DNA of 64,000 bases from Eledone cirrhosa (lineage: Eukaryota), in the NCBI GenBank assembly GCA_964016885.1, contig OZ024750.1, positions 31,992,001-32,056,000 of the forward strand, read 5' to 3'. Shown here piece by piece: positions 13,330 to 27,469 of the stretch. The translations under genes and the position numbers were made by a program. Under the pieces are notes generated by a model. It searched no databases, had not been told where the DNA came from, and was given only the letters and a program-made list of their open reading frames with translations. Every line of letters begins with the position of its first letter. Position 1 is the first letter of the stretch.

Positions 13330-15010
13330 TTTCACTGCTGGCCAAACAATGTACTACCCAAAGAGCCGGGCAACATTCAATGGACTCCCAATCCCATGCA
13401 TAACGCAAGTATATATTGAGGGAAGAACAAATAGAAATTAATAGAGAACACCAAATCGCTTGTCCCGTGATTCATCAGGAAGTGCGTCCTCCAGGAAGGA
13501 GCTAACCTGGGATCGAAAAGTCCACCCCTGGCACAAACCCTTCTCCGATTATGGACGTGGATGGTCACTTGAACGGCGATTGCTCCAACTGAAGCCCCCC
13601 AGATCCCCACACCAAAAGGAAAAATGTAAAAGGATGAAATGGACCCGAGAAGAGAATAAAAAAGTAATATACGCATATTACTATGCATAAATTAAGCCAT
13701 CACAAGACAGACATACTTACAAAATTTGGAAAACACGGAGTCAAGCTTGCAGTCGTTATCTGGATAGCAAATGTTAGGAGGAATATCTTCAGAAATAATA
13801 GACTCACAGATACAGAAAGCACTGCGACCAAGCATGCTGTGGAGAATGACATAAATATAAGTTATGAAAGAACTGAAGAATCTCCTATAGATAGTAACCA
13901 GTCACAAGTCTTTACCGAAAGACTACCATCTGACCAAATCTCAAATAGGTTGGTAGAAATGAGAAGTCCTATTGAACCTGCTGAAAACAGCAAGGAATGG
14001 GTCATAGAAACGGTACGTGAAGACTTTTGCTGAAGAACACCGATAATCTATGAAGGAATTGAAACAGAAAATACTGAATGAGATAGCATTTGTAAGACAT
14101 ACTAGTATAAATGATATAGAACCACTTCAAAAACTCTCAAATACAATCCAAAATAAAAAAACAAATAATGATTAGTAACTCTGTAACAAAAGAAATCATA
14201 GAAGAATTAGAACCTGATCTTATTGAGTTACATGAAATCATTTATGCATCTGCTAGAGTAATTGAAACAAGTTGTTTACCACCAAAACAACAAAGAAAGT
14301 CTAACTTGAGAAGTAAACCAATTTGGAGGAATAGAATTGAAAAGGAGATTGACTTAATGAGCTAATCCTACATTGGAAATGATGTAATATCCAGGAAGGG
14401 AAGAAAGATAAAGAGAAAATATGGACTTCTAGAGATGTACTAATATAAACAAAGGAAACTCTGAAACAAAAAAGTCCAAGTAAAAGCCCAACGAATTCGT
14501 AGATTTGAGAAGCGAAACAACTTCTACAGTCAAAATAACTTGTTCTCATCCAATGCCAAATCATTTTATAGAGAAATAGGGAAGGAGAAGAAACAAATTT
14601 GGAGTCACGATAATGCTAATATAGATTGGATTAGTCGATTGGAAAAATCCTGCACAAACTTACAAGAACAGGCATAGGAAGACATCTCTCTAGCAGACTT
14701 AAGGACAGCACTCAATAAAGCTCATAAGTGGAAATCTCCTGGTAAAGACAGGGTGCCAAATTTATGGCTTTTCTCAATTCCGTGCACTCACAATGTATTA
14801 GTAAAGCTGTTCAACGAAATTATGAAATATCACAAAAATACACCTGACAGGATAGCAAGTGGCATTACTTACCTTCTGCCAAAGAACATTGAAACTAAGG
14901 ATCCAAAAACGTATCGGCCCATAACCTACTTGTCCACCACTTATAAGCTATTAACAACTATTCTCATAGAGAAAGCATACGTGTTTTTGGAGGAGAACAA
15001 TCTTTTCACC
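13330..15010 (+). pseudogene. Degraded R4/Dong LINE, N-terminus to start of RT
   Basis: RMKWTREENKKVIYAYYYA; KPIWRNRIEKEI; WKSPG; GITYLLPK..TYRPITYLSTTYKLLT; multiple stops and frameshifts. Confidence 0.8.
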
Positions 15011-15115
15011 ACATTTATAAACTTGTAAATTTATAAATATATAATAAACTGAAGTGAAAGCAACTGGTGCGTGTGTTTCTTATTGGCAACATGACCCTCC
15101 CAAAGTATAACAATA
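15010..15115. mobile_element. PLE terminal-repeat fragment (family also at 37445 and 54865-55268)
   Basis: GAAGTGAAAGCAACTGGTGCGTGTGTTTCTTATTGGCAACATGACCCTCCCAAAGTATAAC is shared by all copies. Confidence 0.75.
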
Positions 15116-15119
15116 TCGG

Positions 15120-15428
15120 TTTCAACACACGATTTCAGATAAAGAATCTTGCTAAACAAATTCAGAAACGAAATCTTTTCACCATTGAATAAAAAAGGTG
15201 CCCACGAGGTTCATATGGTTGTAAATATCAACTCTTGATTAATCGGCCCGTAGCAAACAAGCTGAAATTGACCAAAGGCACGCCCGACAGTGGCTACGTA
15301 GCTCAGGGCTAAAAGCAGAGAGCGATGGCTTTATCTTAGCTGCCCAAGATCAAAGCTTACTGACACGGACGTACCAGGCCAATGGATGAGAAATGGAGTA
15401 AATCCAAATTGCCGATTCTGCAATGTTG
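15120..15428 (+). pseudogene. R4/Dong LINE fragment, pre-zinc-knuckle region
   Basis: Translates SSGLKAESDGFILAAQDQSLLTRTYQAN..NPNCRFC. Confidence 0.75.
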
Positions 15429-15429
15429 A

Positions 15430-15735
15430 GGTTGTTTAGTTGGGTAGTCCATAGTAACTTTAACTCTGGTGGATGGAGTTAGCTATTTGTTGGATGCTTT
15501 CCGTGGTGTTCTTCTCTCATTCCTGACTATTCCGCTGTGGGGGTGTTTTTACTAAGATATTTATGCCATCTATGTAGCGTGTGTTCATGGTCATGATTAT
15601 AAAATTGACGTCTAGTTGTTCCTTAAATTTTCTGTCCCACCATACCATCAATAGGTTAGCTATGTTACCTGCAATGCTAACGCCAATGGCTGCCCCTTCC
15701 TCTTGGGCATATGTTTTGCCATTAAACAAATTAAA
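15430..15735 (-). pseudogene. Penelope-like reverse transcriptase fragment
   Basis: [36 protein letters not shown] resembles the PLE RT motifs Q..G.A.G..A...M and RY.DD, followed by IANSIH..TMDYP. Confidence 0.75.
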
Positions 15736-15739
15736 CAAA

Positions 15740-15773
<34 letters not shown>

Positions 15774-15781
15774 TTGTGAAT

Positions 15782-15812
<31 letters not shown>

Positions 15813-15894
15813 CATACACAAATATATATATATGTACATGTATATATATACATGCATATATGTATGTATATATGTATTTGTATGCATACACCCA

Positions 15895-15976
<82 letters not shown>

Positions 15977-16177
15977 AGAGTATTGAAGTTTGCTTGAAGC
16001 ATTGTGGAATAATAAGGTAAATTTCTTTAAGTCGTTTGGAAGCCTCGACAATGCAGATGGGTAAATCTCCGGGTAACAAGATCCGGTGGTGGAGAGAGAG
16101 ATGTAAGTGGGTGTACGTTGAGATGCGTGGCGTGTATAATACTGTAACGTGTAGAGGAATGAAGGAAAGAACGTAAA

Positions 16178-16355
<178 letters not shown>

Positions 16356-17038
16356 ATGTGTATTTAAGAAAGACAATACGCATGCTGAGTATCAATATTT
16401 CATGAATGAAGACTATTATGCATTCCAAAACCACAGTAGACACCAGATTCAGATATTCAAATAAATTATACTCGAAATATTCACTGACGTCAACCGAAAG
16501 GTCAGGATACAAACCATAGAAACATCATAAAATATTTGATAATCAGAATACGAAATAGTATGAAACATAAAAATACAGAAAGACATGTTTCCCAAAAATA
16601 TGGTAACGAATATAGATGTATTTTTGAAAATATTAAACACGAAAAAATATTGCGAGAAGCATAAATCAAAAAAAAAGCAAACAGCTATAATAAGACACAT
16701 AACACGATACAATAGTAGATACCTCATAAGTTACATCAAGAATTTGATGATAAATCTTTAAGTAAACATTAATATCTCTAAATATATCACGGTTTAATGA
16801 GAGTTTCAGCAGAGGAGAATAAACACTTTCTTTGATTTAAACGTTTAGAATTGAAATGTTAAGAGTCACTCGTAAATAAAGAAAAACAAGGTAACGTTAA
16901 AGTTGTTTCGAATTGAATCAAACTAATACATACATACATACATGCATACATACATGCATACATACATACATACATACATACATACATACATACATACATA
17001 CATACATACATACATACATACATACATACATACATACA

Positions 17039-18920
17039 TGGATTATTAAGGCTTTGCAGTTAGCTAAAGTCCCACAACCATTGGTAGCTGCTGTTGAACG
17101 CCTGACCAAGAACTGGTACAACAATTTGATCCTTAGAGGTGAGAAGAAGCAGGTTAAGACTGATAAGATACATTACCAGAAGGGCATCTTTCAGGGTGAT
17201 AGCTTGTCAGTGCTACTCTTCGTTCTCTCACTGAATCCACTATCTTACCTACTCAGGAAACAAGGTGTACAAAGAAGTGGGCCCAGAAGTATCTCCCATC
17301 TTTTCTTTGTTGATGACCTGAAGTTGTATGGGCCAAATATCAATGACATCAAGAAACAATTGGACCTCATTACACAATTTTCAACCGACATCAAAATGAA
17401 ATTTGGTGAGTCCAAGTGTGCATATTTGGCAGTAAAACGTGGAAGAGCTGTGCTCTCCTCTAGAAATCTAGAGATGAACGGCCTGACAATACAACCTCTG
17501 CAGTCAGGTGACAACTACAGATATCTTGGACAGGATGAGAATGTCAGATATGATGGACCCATAATTAAGGAGAGAACCAGAACTGAATACCTCAGAAGAG
17601 TAAAGAAAATATGGTCATCAGAACTGTCAGCCTACAACAAATACATTGCCCACAATACTTATGCCGTGCCAATTCTAACGCCAACATTTGGCCTACTGAA
17701 CTGGTCATTGCAAGAACTAAGTGAGATGGATGTTAGAACTCGAAAACTTCTCAGTGTTACTGGCAACTTTAACATCAATGGTGATGTGGATAGGCTATAC
17801 TTCTCACGCAAGGAAGGTGGCCGGGGTCTAAAATCAATATTAACAACATATGAGACCCGGATAGTAACACTGAAGCAACACCTTCAACAGAGGAAAAAGG
17901 TTGGCAACCATCTTGCCCAGGTTTATGAGCATGAAAAAAGAAATATCATTAGAATAGCGACTGATCTGGAGGAGAGATATGGACTAAAGCCTGATATAAA
18001 TCTCTCACCCAGAGAAATCGGAAGATCCTATTCAATGTTCAAACAAGATAAGAAAATTGACCAATTTACAGAAAAAGTTGTGCATGGATACTTGAGGCGT
18101 AAAACACAGACCATAGAGGGGATAAACCACTCAAAAACCCTGGCATGGAGTTCCGACAAGTTTATGACATCACACCTTGAGGGATATCTCTATGCATTAC
18201 AGCAACAATAACTCCCTACCAAATATCTGCTGCACAAAACAGGAGGGCCAACAGCTGACAATAAATGTAGGCTATGTAAAACAAAGATCGAGGATGTAAG
18301 CCACATTGTTGCCAGCTGCGAAAGAATGTCATCTCGCTACTACCTCCCCATGAGACACGATGGGATAGCTAGAACCATCTGGAACGCACTTCGGAAAACA
18401 AAATTAACAACAAACGAGGAAGAATATATTGAGACAGATGGCACTAAGGAATACTGGTGGAACCTGAAAATAAAAACTGCCACCAAATTAAAGCACAACC
18501 GGCCTTATATTGTAGTTTGGGACCACACATTGAAAACGTGTTCTGTTGTGGAGATCAGCTGCCCACTTGATGTAAACGTTGTCAGAAAAATACAGGAGAA
18601 GGAGGACATCTACGGACCATTGATGAGGAGTTTACAAATCCAGTATCCAAGATACACCTTTAGCTTCATACCCATCATTAATGGTGCTACGGGTTATATA
18701 CCAACCCGCTTGGACCAAAGTATGACTGAACTTGGATTTGCGGACAAAAAGCGCAGCTCCCTAATTCATAGTCTGCAAATGGCTGCGATAGCTGGCACCT
18801 TCAAAATTTGCAAAACATTCTTGAGATTCAAAGGATGACAATTTCATTTCTTTTACAACCTTGCCACCAGGAAGGTGGCCGGTCAAAAAAATATACTCGA
18901 AATTAAGAGAAAGAGAAAAC
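17039..18920 (+). pseudogene. 5'-truncated R4/Dong LINE (RT, CCHC zinc knuckle, RLE endonuclease) inserted in (CATA)n
   Basis: GIFQGDSLS, LFFVDD, YRYLG, GGRGL, CRLC..H..ASC, RHD, NRPYIVV/VEISCP. One in-frame stop at 18209-18211; (CATA)n on both flanks. Confidence 0.9.
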
Positions 18921-18933
18921 ATACATACATACA

Positions 18934-19343
18934 TGGTGGCTGCCAACTCGTTTTCGAGTACGGCCACTACTTTATATCCATGTAGGAAGAACCCCTACCA
19001 ATGCGTTAAACGAGTGTGACTTTTTAGTCCAGCCAGCGACTTGAAAACTCTGGTACAAACACTACACTTGTGACAATTACTGACACAGTGCTGGGCCCAT
19101 TGTACCCTGTGATGACAAGTACAGAGAGATCTCCAGATATAAAGCAATGCCTGTGCCGTGAAGCTTTTATAGTGAGCAAAGGCACTGCACAAAGCCAGTC
19201 CCACTCTCTTAACCAAGATGATATTTACCAAAAAGAAGAACAAGTCAACATCATTGGATACCATCAGGGTTGCAGGTGTTATATCAGAGTTTTCCTTCTC
19301 CTAGAATTCTGCCTTGACAAAGGCTAAGGGGTCATCTCTCCCA
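18934..19343 (-). mobile_element. Short non-autonomous RTE-like element, copy 1
   Basis: Reverse complement of ~26613-27024; encodes HKCSVCTRVFKSLAGLKSHTR (C2H2-like); flanked by (CATA)n. Confidence 0.7.
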
Positions 19344-19593
19344 TACATACATACATACATACATACATACATACATACATACATACATACATACATACAT
19401 ACATACGATGTCACGCTCGCACACGTACAGACACATACGTGACCACATTCAAACATTTATATTTATCTATAGAAACGTAGACATGTACAGCTAACAGTAA
19501 GCCTATCTACCCTCCCCGCCGCTCTCTCGCTTTATATATATATATATATATATCGCCTCCGTCTTTTGCTAATATACGTGTGTATATATATAT

Positions 19594-19645
<52 letters not shown>

Positions 19646-20013
19646 GGGGTAACAAATAATTGTTATATGCAGTCCACTTAGGTGTAGTCCAGTTATGGTA
19701 CTCCGGGTAGTGGATGATATCAACGCTTGGCTAAGTTTAACTCAACAAGGCGTTTCTACCAGCGTATCTTTACACTTGATATAATACACCCTACGACAGC
19801 TTTTACATGTCAATGTTATACATCTGCCTCATGTCAGCTAGTTTTACACGCTAAGATCATAGATATACTATACTTCCCACCTAGATTGATGTGATTATTT
19901 CAAATAATGTATTGCTAGCATTGTTGATATTGTTGTTATTGTTCTAACTGAATGCCATTACTACTACTTATAGTAGCCTGTATATTATTTTCATGCCTGT
20001 ATATTCTCTTCAT

Positions 20014-20134
20014 TCTCGCAAGCTCCGATGAACTGACTGGTTATAACTTTGTATTGGCGATCGAGTAACGTGAAAATAAGAGGATAGCGATCTCTAGACC
20101 TACCAGTTCAGAGAAACAATTGTCAGTAATGAGA
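20014..20134 (+). ncRNA. Degenerate type I HHR motif with long helix II
   Basis: CCGATGA(20025-20031, U4>C), helix II CTGACTGGT...ACCAGTTCAG, GAAA(20113-20116), palindromic A-CAATTG-T, N17=C; interrupted helix I TCTCG..GCT/AGT..TGAGA. Confidence 0.5.
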
Positions 20135-20186
20135 TTAAAAACCTTTTTTGTATAGCAAACCGTGTTACTCTTCTTTCCTGATTTAT

Positions 20187-20218
<32 letters not shown>

Positions 20219-20589
20219 GTATGTATACGTACATACATATATGTATACAGACGTACAGTAGTATGTATATATATATATATACATACATGGACACATATAT
20301 ATATATGTACGTATGGATTCACCGAACATTTATTATACTGCTCGGTGTCTTTCTAATCAAACATCCCGAATTAAGACGTACAGTGTCTAGCAACCATCGT
20401 TGCTCATTTGTTCAACACTGACAAAGGAACTCTGTACTAGTTTCAAGCTTATTAGCTATCGTCACCAACGTATACCTTCCTGCCAGATGATTGAACGTCT
20501 CAAAGTATATACTTTCCTTATGCATATTAACGGCTGAGCAGCCCAATTTGCATATCGAGTGAGGTAATAGGCCGGGGTACCGAAAACGA

Positions 20590-20743
20590 TAAACCAGTGT
20601 ATTACTGGTACTTTATTTTATCGACCCCGTAAGGATGAAAGGCAAAGTTAACCTCGGCGGGATTCGAAATCATAATGGAAAAGGCCGTAACTCTTTGCGT
20701 CAAAGCATGGCGTCCCACTCTCTACCGATACTGCCAATCCACG
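20590..20743 (-). mobile_element. SINE family A
   Basis: Same core as the other copies. Confidence 0.8.
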
Positions 20744-22274
20744 GATATAATAATGGCTACGATACCTTCCGATAGCATTACACAGCTCCAGCTCTGGAAA
20801 TCTCTGGAAATAGGTTTTTAACTATGGAATCATGCAGTATTAAGGTATGTATGGAAAAGACATTGGACATTTTCAGAGACGAAGTGCACTGGATAATTAC
20901 AGACAATATTTTGGTAGTCCTATCTGAAATAAAAATGAAGAAAGGTGACTTAAGTGAGTATAGAATTAAACTGGACCGGGATAACATAAAGTAACAATGT
21001 GTTCAGACATTATTAGTTGAAAAACCTCCGAGGGTAACTTTGCCTTTCCTCCTTACGGACTAGATATAAAACAAAGTACCAGTAGTAACGCACTGGGATA
21101 ATTGCTGGCCTAGTGCCAAAAGTAGCAACATTTATTATTTGAAAAACGAGGGCAAGAAAGACGTGTGGCCAATGGAAAGAAACGCAGGTATGAAAGGAGG
21201 AAGTGAAAGGAGATAGAAGCAGAGTTGCTTTCTACCTTGAATGGCCTTTTTTCACTTTTTTCTCTTTCCCTGCGACAAAAATCTTAGAAGAGTTCTTTTC
21301 TGTCCACAAGACCTGAATCTGAAGAGGAAGGAGGTATGTTGACACATATGTATGTTTGTGTTCGTGTTTTGTTAAAGATATAGGTGCGAAAAAATGTGTA
21401 ATGTTAATTGTGATTTAGTCGAAAATTCTGTTGTTTGCCAAATCACACATAAGCTGATGTTTATGGTCAATGCAAATATCAAGCAATGTTATAGTCATGT
21501 CGTGGCGTCGTCAATATTGGAAAGCCTAGAAATATTATTATTTTAGCGGTTTAATTATGCTGCGATACTCAGAGCAGTGTAATCGTGGTTGAGTTGCTGT
21601 TGCTGCCGTTACATTGGTGTATCTTAATTTGCATTTATCCATAATTTATGGATCTATAATGCTCCATCTTCCTTCATCACTTTATACGTTATCGAACACG
21701 AGATCATCATGTTATCATTTAATAGCAATATTGCTAAAAAGTTATTTATTTGAAAGCATGTATGTATTTAGCCGATTGTGTAGCCTCCTGATATGTTGAT
21801 CGTTATGTACGTCTTAGAATATTTAATATAACTAAACCTATGTGACTATCTTCAATGACGATACATCATTTAAATTGCATGTATGATAAACTATGTATAT
21901 TCATAACCCCTCCAGAAGTCCCACGTGCATAAATTCTTTAAGCAACATTTACCCACGCTAGATCGCAATTAGCAAGACCCACATATACTATTTAGCTCAC
22001 ATCAGCGAAAATGGCAAATATTATAGCTATTCGATTAGATGTTTGGGTTAAAGTTGTTTGTGAACGCCATAACCTATCAAAGCGTTAATTTCTATCCCTG
22101 AGATAACTAATGTAAGTATCGATACAATAATTAATATGCAACTATAATACATTCATGCAAATATAATCTTACATGGTTAGAAATATAGTCTGAAGCTGCA
22201 TAATAGCTTTGTAAATATAAATATAATTTTGTAAATAAAATACATTTCTAATTTAACATTCGATACTAAATGAA

Positions 22275-22655
22275 ATAGGCGGCGAATTGGTAGAGTCGTT
22301 AGAACCTTGAATAGAATGCGTTGTGGCATTCGTTCCGACTCTTTGCTCTCTGTGTTCAAATTCCGCTAAGGTCAGCGTTGCCTTTCATCGATTCGAGATC
22401 GATAAAAAATGTACCAGTCTAGAAGTGTATTGATCAAAGAATGAAATGAAGATACTAAGGGCGTCTTTGAAATACTTAACGTTTTGAGTAGAAAAGACGG
22501 CGAATTGATACAGTCGTAAAAGGGTCAGATAGAATGCTTTGTGGTATTCGTTCCAATACTTTGCTCTGTTTTCAAATCCTGCTGGCGTCAAGCCAAGTTT
22601 GCCTTTCACCCTTTTGATCGATAAAAAAGTACCCGTCTCGAACTGGGGTCGATTC
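22275..22655 (+). mobile_element. Two older SINE family A copies
   Basis: GGCGAATTGG..GTTCAAATTCC..GCCTTTCA..GATCGATAAAA occurs twice. Confidence 0.65.
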
Positions 22656-23379
22656 TTCTGATATATCTCTTTCTAATTTCCTTTCTGTCGTTCACTATCC
22701 TCCTCTAGAAGAAATCTGCTGTTTGGAGAGGAGACGGGCTCAACTAGGTTTAATGATTCACAAGAAATGCCATTTGCCAATATAGCATCCCTAAGACTCC
22801 CTCGGGAGTTACGGGGCCATGCATGTATACTAAATGAAATATTAAGGAAATTGAATATGCGAATCAGTTTCAATTCTGATTAAAGATATATGGCTTCATT
22901 TACATACTACTTGGAATCTCTGCAATAGCGAATATTTCAAGAGTATGTGACAGGTGATAATGAAGACGAAAGACATCGAATAGCTTATGAAAATTACAAA
23001 TTTTTGCATTTAATATCGATATTATATGAAAATACAATCCTAATAGTAAAACGGAAATGAGAAGTAATAGGTTTATCCTTAATTTACATTCCTTACACAC
23101 ACTAACATTTCTAAAAGTAAGTAATTTAATGCTCATCATTTGTATCATTTTACTATATTGTTTTATATTCCCCGAGTAGTTAGTTTACTTCCAGGCGCTT
23201 CTCACGGACATTAATACGATTACCACAAAGTTGGATAATGAGCTGGTTAAATTCTAGCTCATTGTCAAAGTGATAAAACTTCATTTATTATGCTACATTC
23301 CTGAGAATACCAAAAAATACGTATTAAATCATGTCTTTATCATTCATAGTCTGTTAATTTAGTTTTTATCGTTGTCAAC

Positions 23380-23485
<106 letters not shown>

Positions 23486-24914
23486 CACACACACACACAC
23501 ATATACATATATATATAGAGAGAGAAAGTTATTGACTTGCTAATTTGCTATTTTTTTCAAGCTAGAATTTATATATTCTTAAGTTTGTCTTTTTTTTTCT
23601 CAATCAATTCTCCAATGAAATTATTTACGCATATATGTTCTTTTTTCTTCTGCACATTTTATTGCGATTGTTTAATGTACACATGAAGAATGTAATTATT
23701 CCGAGGAATTTAATTAAGTATCCTATATTTATCTCAAACATTCGTTGTGCATTAATATGTATTATATATGTTTGGTTAATCAGTAAACAGCTAGGAAACA
23801 TAGCTGATCATTTCACTTGATTATATTCCACTACTTAGAACTAATATTTCAATGTAAAAATGTACATAAATCTTTTATAGTTGCAGAAACTTGTTTTAGA
23901 GTGTCTTTTAGTTATATGAAGAGTTCTCTTTATAGCGTTTTAGGCGCGGATACACTGCAGACTAATAATATTTTCGTCTGCGTATTTGAACCTCTTCTGT
24001 AGGTTGAGAGAATTTAGCCCCAGATCAACTTTTGTCATGCAAATTTATTATCAATTTATTATCATTGGCAAAGTAAATATGCCGCCATTTTTCGTACATT
24101 TTGGAAATCATGAGCATATTATCTAGTCTGATGCTTTGGAAGAAGGTAAAGGTCATTTAGAGGTAGATTTGACTGTAATTGTTATCATGCTTAGAGCCAT
24201 GTAATGGCTCACTCATTCGTTTGTGCTCAACAAGTGTAGTATAATATAACAAGTAGATCTGGTTGCAGCTCTATGTTGACACTAGCTACGATGATTGATA
24301 TAAACCTGAGCCTCGAGGATTGATATAAACCTGAGCCTCGTTTCACTTAAGTAAGGAAGATATATCAAACTCCAATATGTCCGCCCATACTATATCGTGT
24401 TAAATACGGGGTAATCTTATTAAACAATGATATTTAACAGATGTAGAATGAACTGGATTTAATTTCAACTCAGGTAAAAAACTATATCACGATAATAAAT
24501 TCTGATTCCCACCCCCATGAATGAGCCATTTTTTCTATAATAGATATTAGGAGCGACAGCCGTCGACTTAATCTCCCTATATAACGACACCCAGGCGTAA
24601 TGAAAGATATGAAACTTGGGTTAGCTGTTGTGTAAAACATTCATGAGATAGCTTGGTTAGATAATTACTTATGTAAACGTCGGTGTCTACTTGAAACGAT
24701 ATCACCTAATATTTGTCAAATCAATATTTTTTTAATTGTATTTAGATTGTGTTAATATTTTGCAATGCTTCCAAATAATGTAGCTATTATATTCCGGGGA
24801 ACTTATGCAATCATGATTGTTCTGAATAAATAACGTGTGTGAAGGAGGATAGTTTTCTATGTTAAGTTATTCATAATTAACTTATTCATAATTATTACTA
24901 GTGTGGGGGGGGGG

Positions 24915-25102
24915 GGGTCGGCAGTATCGGTAGAGCATCAGACAGCATGCTTTGTAGCATAGAGTTATGGCTCCTTACGTTCTGAGTTCAAATACCGCCG
25001 AGGTTAACTTTGCCTTTCATCCTTACGTGGTCGATAAAATAAAGTACCAGTAATGCACTGGGGTAACTGCTGGCCTTGTATGAAAAGTAGAGACAATAAT
25101 TA
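24915..25102 (+). mobile_element. SINE family A
   Basis: GGCAGTATCGGTAGA..GAGTTCAAATACC..TTTGCCTTTCATCC..GTACCAG. Confidence 0.8.
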
Positions 25103-25317
25103 TTACTAGCTTCTCGACGGAATATACAGATAGCTAATATGCTTGAATATATTTCTATGTATTATAATAATAGCCTGTTGATTAACATTGATACATCTTC
25201 CAAGTGTAATTATATATATATTAAACATAACATTACTGCATATGGATATGAAGACCAACATTACTGCAGGTGTTGTCAATTTGACGTAAGATTATAAAGC
25301 ATTAAATGATACACGCT

Positions 25318-25510
25318 AGGGTGGGAGATTGGCAGTATCAGTAGAAGGTCGGACGCCATGCTTTCCAGCAGAATTACGTCCCTTTACGGTCTGAGTTCAA
25401 ATCCCGCCAAGGTTAACTTTGCCTTTCATCCTTACGGGGTAGATAAAATAAAGTACCAGTAATGCACTGTGTAATTGCTGGCCTTGTGCCAAAAAAGTAG
25501 AAATAATTAA
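25318..25510 (+). mobile_element. SINE family A with apparent TSD (ATTAAATGATACACGCT)
   Basis: Full A box, B box and core; ATTAAATGATACACGCT occurs immediately before (~25301) and after (~25506). Confidence 0.85.
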
Positions 25511-26275
25511 ATGATACACGCTTTTAACAAAGATTTTGTGTTGCCTTTAAAATATAATTACTGAGAAAATACCACATTTAGTGTAATAACGGTTGAAAAG
25601 AAACGCTTCTACTCTAAGAGTTCCTTTACACCGAGACGAAGGGAATTTTAAATCCTCAAATATTAATGTGACAGAGAGAATAACAAAAAAACAAAGATTA
25701 CCAGATAATTATCTTTTACATTGCCTTCATCTTCGTCAATTTTGCATTGTTTAGCCTTCTTACATACATCACTTACCATATTATGCATACTGTTTTATTT
25801 CTATAAATCTAACCATTGCATTTGTGGACATCAAGTTCTAAACCTCTTAATGTTACTGAAGTAGTTAAATGCTATTAAAAAATGTAGAATTAATCTTTTA
25901 AACACAACTTTCGGCGTTTCTTCCATTAGGGAGTTGAAGGTATTTCTATAAATTAATTCAAAAAATAAATTGAATACAGGCTGGCTATTAACACAGAATT
26001 GGCACATTCGATTTCACAAAATGGACTCCATATAGACGATTTCCCTGCTAGACATAACATATCTTCTTTAAACCACAACCTAACATATATAAAAAAGACT
26101 ACTTATTGTACAATGTAGTCTGGAATATAATATAGTGTACGTAAAATCTCTATTTGTTATGTATCGATTACGAGATAAATTTGCAGAACGTGTCTGGTTG
26201 GGATGCATGAAAAACAGGGAAATATGGACAATTGACCACGGCCTTGGCTAATACACACACACTAACACACACACA

Positions 26276-26327
<52 letters not shown>

Positions 26328-26328
26328 C

Positions 26329-26373
<45 letters not shown>

Positions 26374-26471
26374 TATGTACGTATGTATGTATGTATGTAT
26401 GTATGTATGTTTGTATGTATGTATGTATGTATGTATGTATGTATGTATATGTGTATATACATACAAAAATG

Positions 26472-27026
26472 TATGTCTCATGGTCGGGTCGTTGGCGACT
26501 AAACTGGCAACTCCACCAAGGTTTCTTGGGGAGTTGGGTGACTTTGGACATCCTGCAGGACTAAATACAAAATCTGTCAAAGGGAAAAGGAGTCAATGGC
26601 CATCCAAAATCACCGGGACAGATGACCCCTTAGCCTTTGTCAAGGCAGAATTCTAGGAGAAGGAAAACTCTGATATAACACCTGCAACCCTGATAGTATC
26701 CAATGATGTTGACTTGTTCTTCTTTTTGGTAAATATCATCTTGGTTAAGAGAGTGTGACTGGCTTTGTGCAATGCCTTTGCTCACTATAAAAGCTTCACG
26801 GCACAGGCATTGCTTTGTATCTGGAGATCTCTCTGCACTTGTCGTCACATGGTACCATGGGCCCAGCACAATGTGTCAATATTTGTCACAAGTGTAGTGT
26901 TTGTACCAGAGTTTTCAAGTCGCTGGCTGGACTAAAAAGTCACACTCGCTCAGTGCATCGGTAAGAGTTCTCCTACATGGATATAAAGTAGTGGCCGTAC
27001 TCGAAAACGAGTTGGCAGCCACCATA
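26472..27026 (+). mobile_element. Short non-autonomous RTE-like (bipartite) element, copy 2
   Basis: RTE-5'UTR-like CTAGGAGAAGGAAAACTCTGA; C-terminal CSVC..H...H finger; 3' hairpin CTCGAAAACGAG; microsatellite flanks. Confidence 0.7.
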
Positions 27027-27044
27027 TGTATATATATATATGTC

Positions 27045-27135
<91 letters not shown>

Positions 27136-27424
27136 CAAATAACGAAACGAAATTAAATTTCGTTTCGTTTGTAACTCACTTTTGTATGACTGACGCTTAA
27201 ACAATTAAGTTAAAGATGTACATCCATATATGTATACTGAAATACTAGTATGTATATGAATACACACACGTATACATATGTAGGTGTACCAAGTTTTTTC
27301 ACTGGTCACTTTACTGTGAGTGGCCAGCTATTCTGTATGTAAACACACAGACAAACCGGTTTTTAGAGTCATACTGGTTTTTGAGGAAACACCTCTCCTC
27401 TATTCTCCAGAAAGCCAGACAAGG

Positions 27425-27469
27425 AATATTGAACTAGTTTCGTTGTTGTTACAACTCATCAGCAATATT
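27425..27469 (-). ncRNA. Type I hammerhead ribozyme (GUU site)
   Basis: AATATTG-CTGATGA-GTTGT(AACA)ACAAC-GAAA-CTAG-T-T-CAATATT on the minus strand. Confidence 0.9.

Noticed and set aside
24292-24340. Tandem duplication of GATTGATATAAACCTGAGCCTCG
   Set aside because: Only two copies; ordinary local slippage
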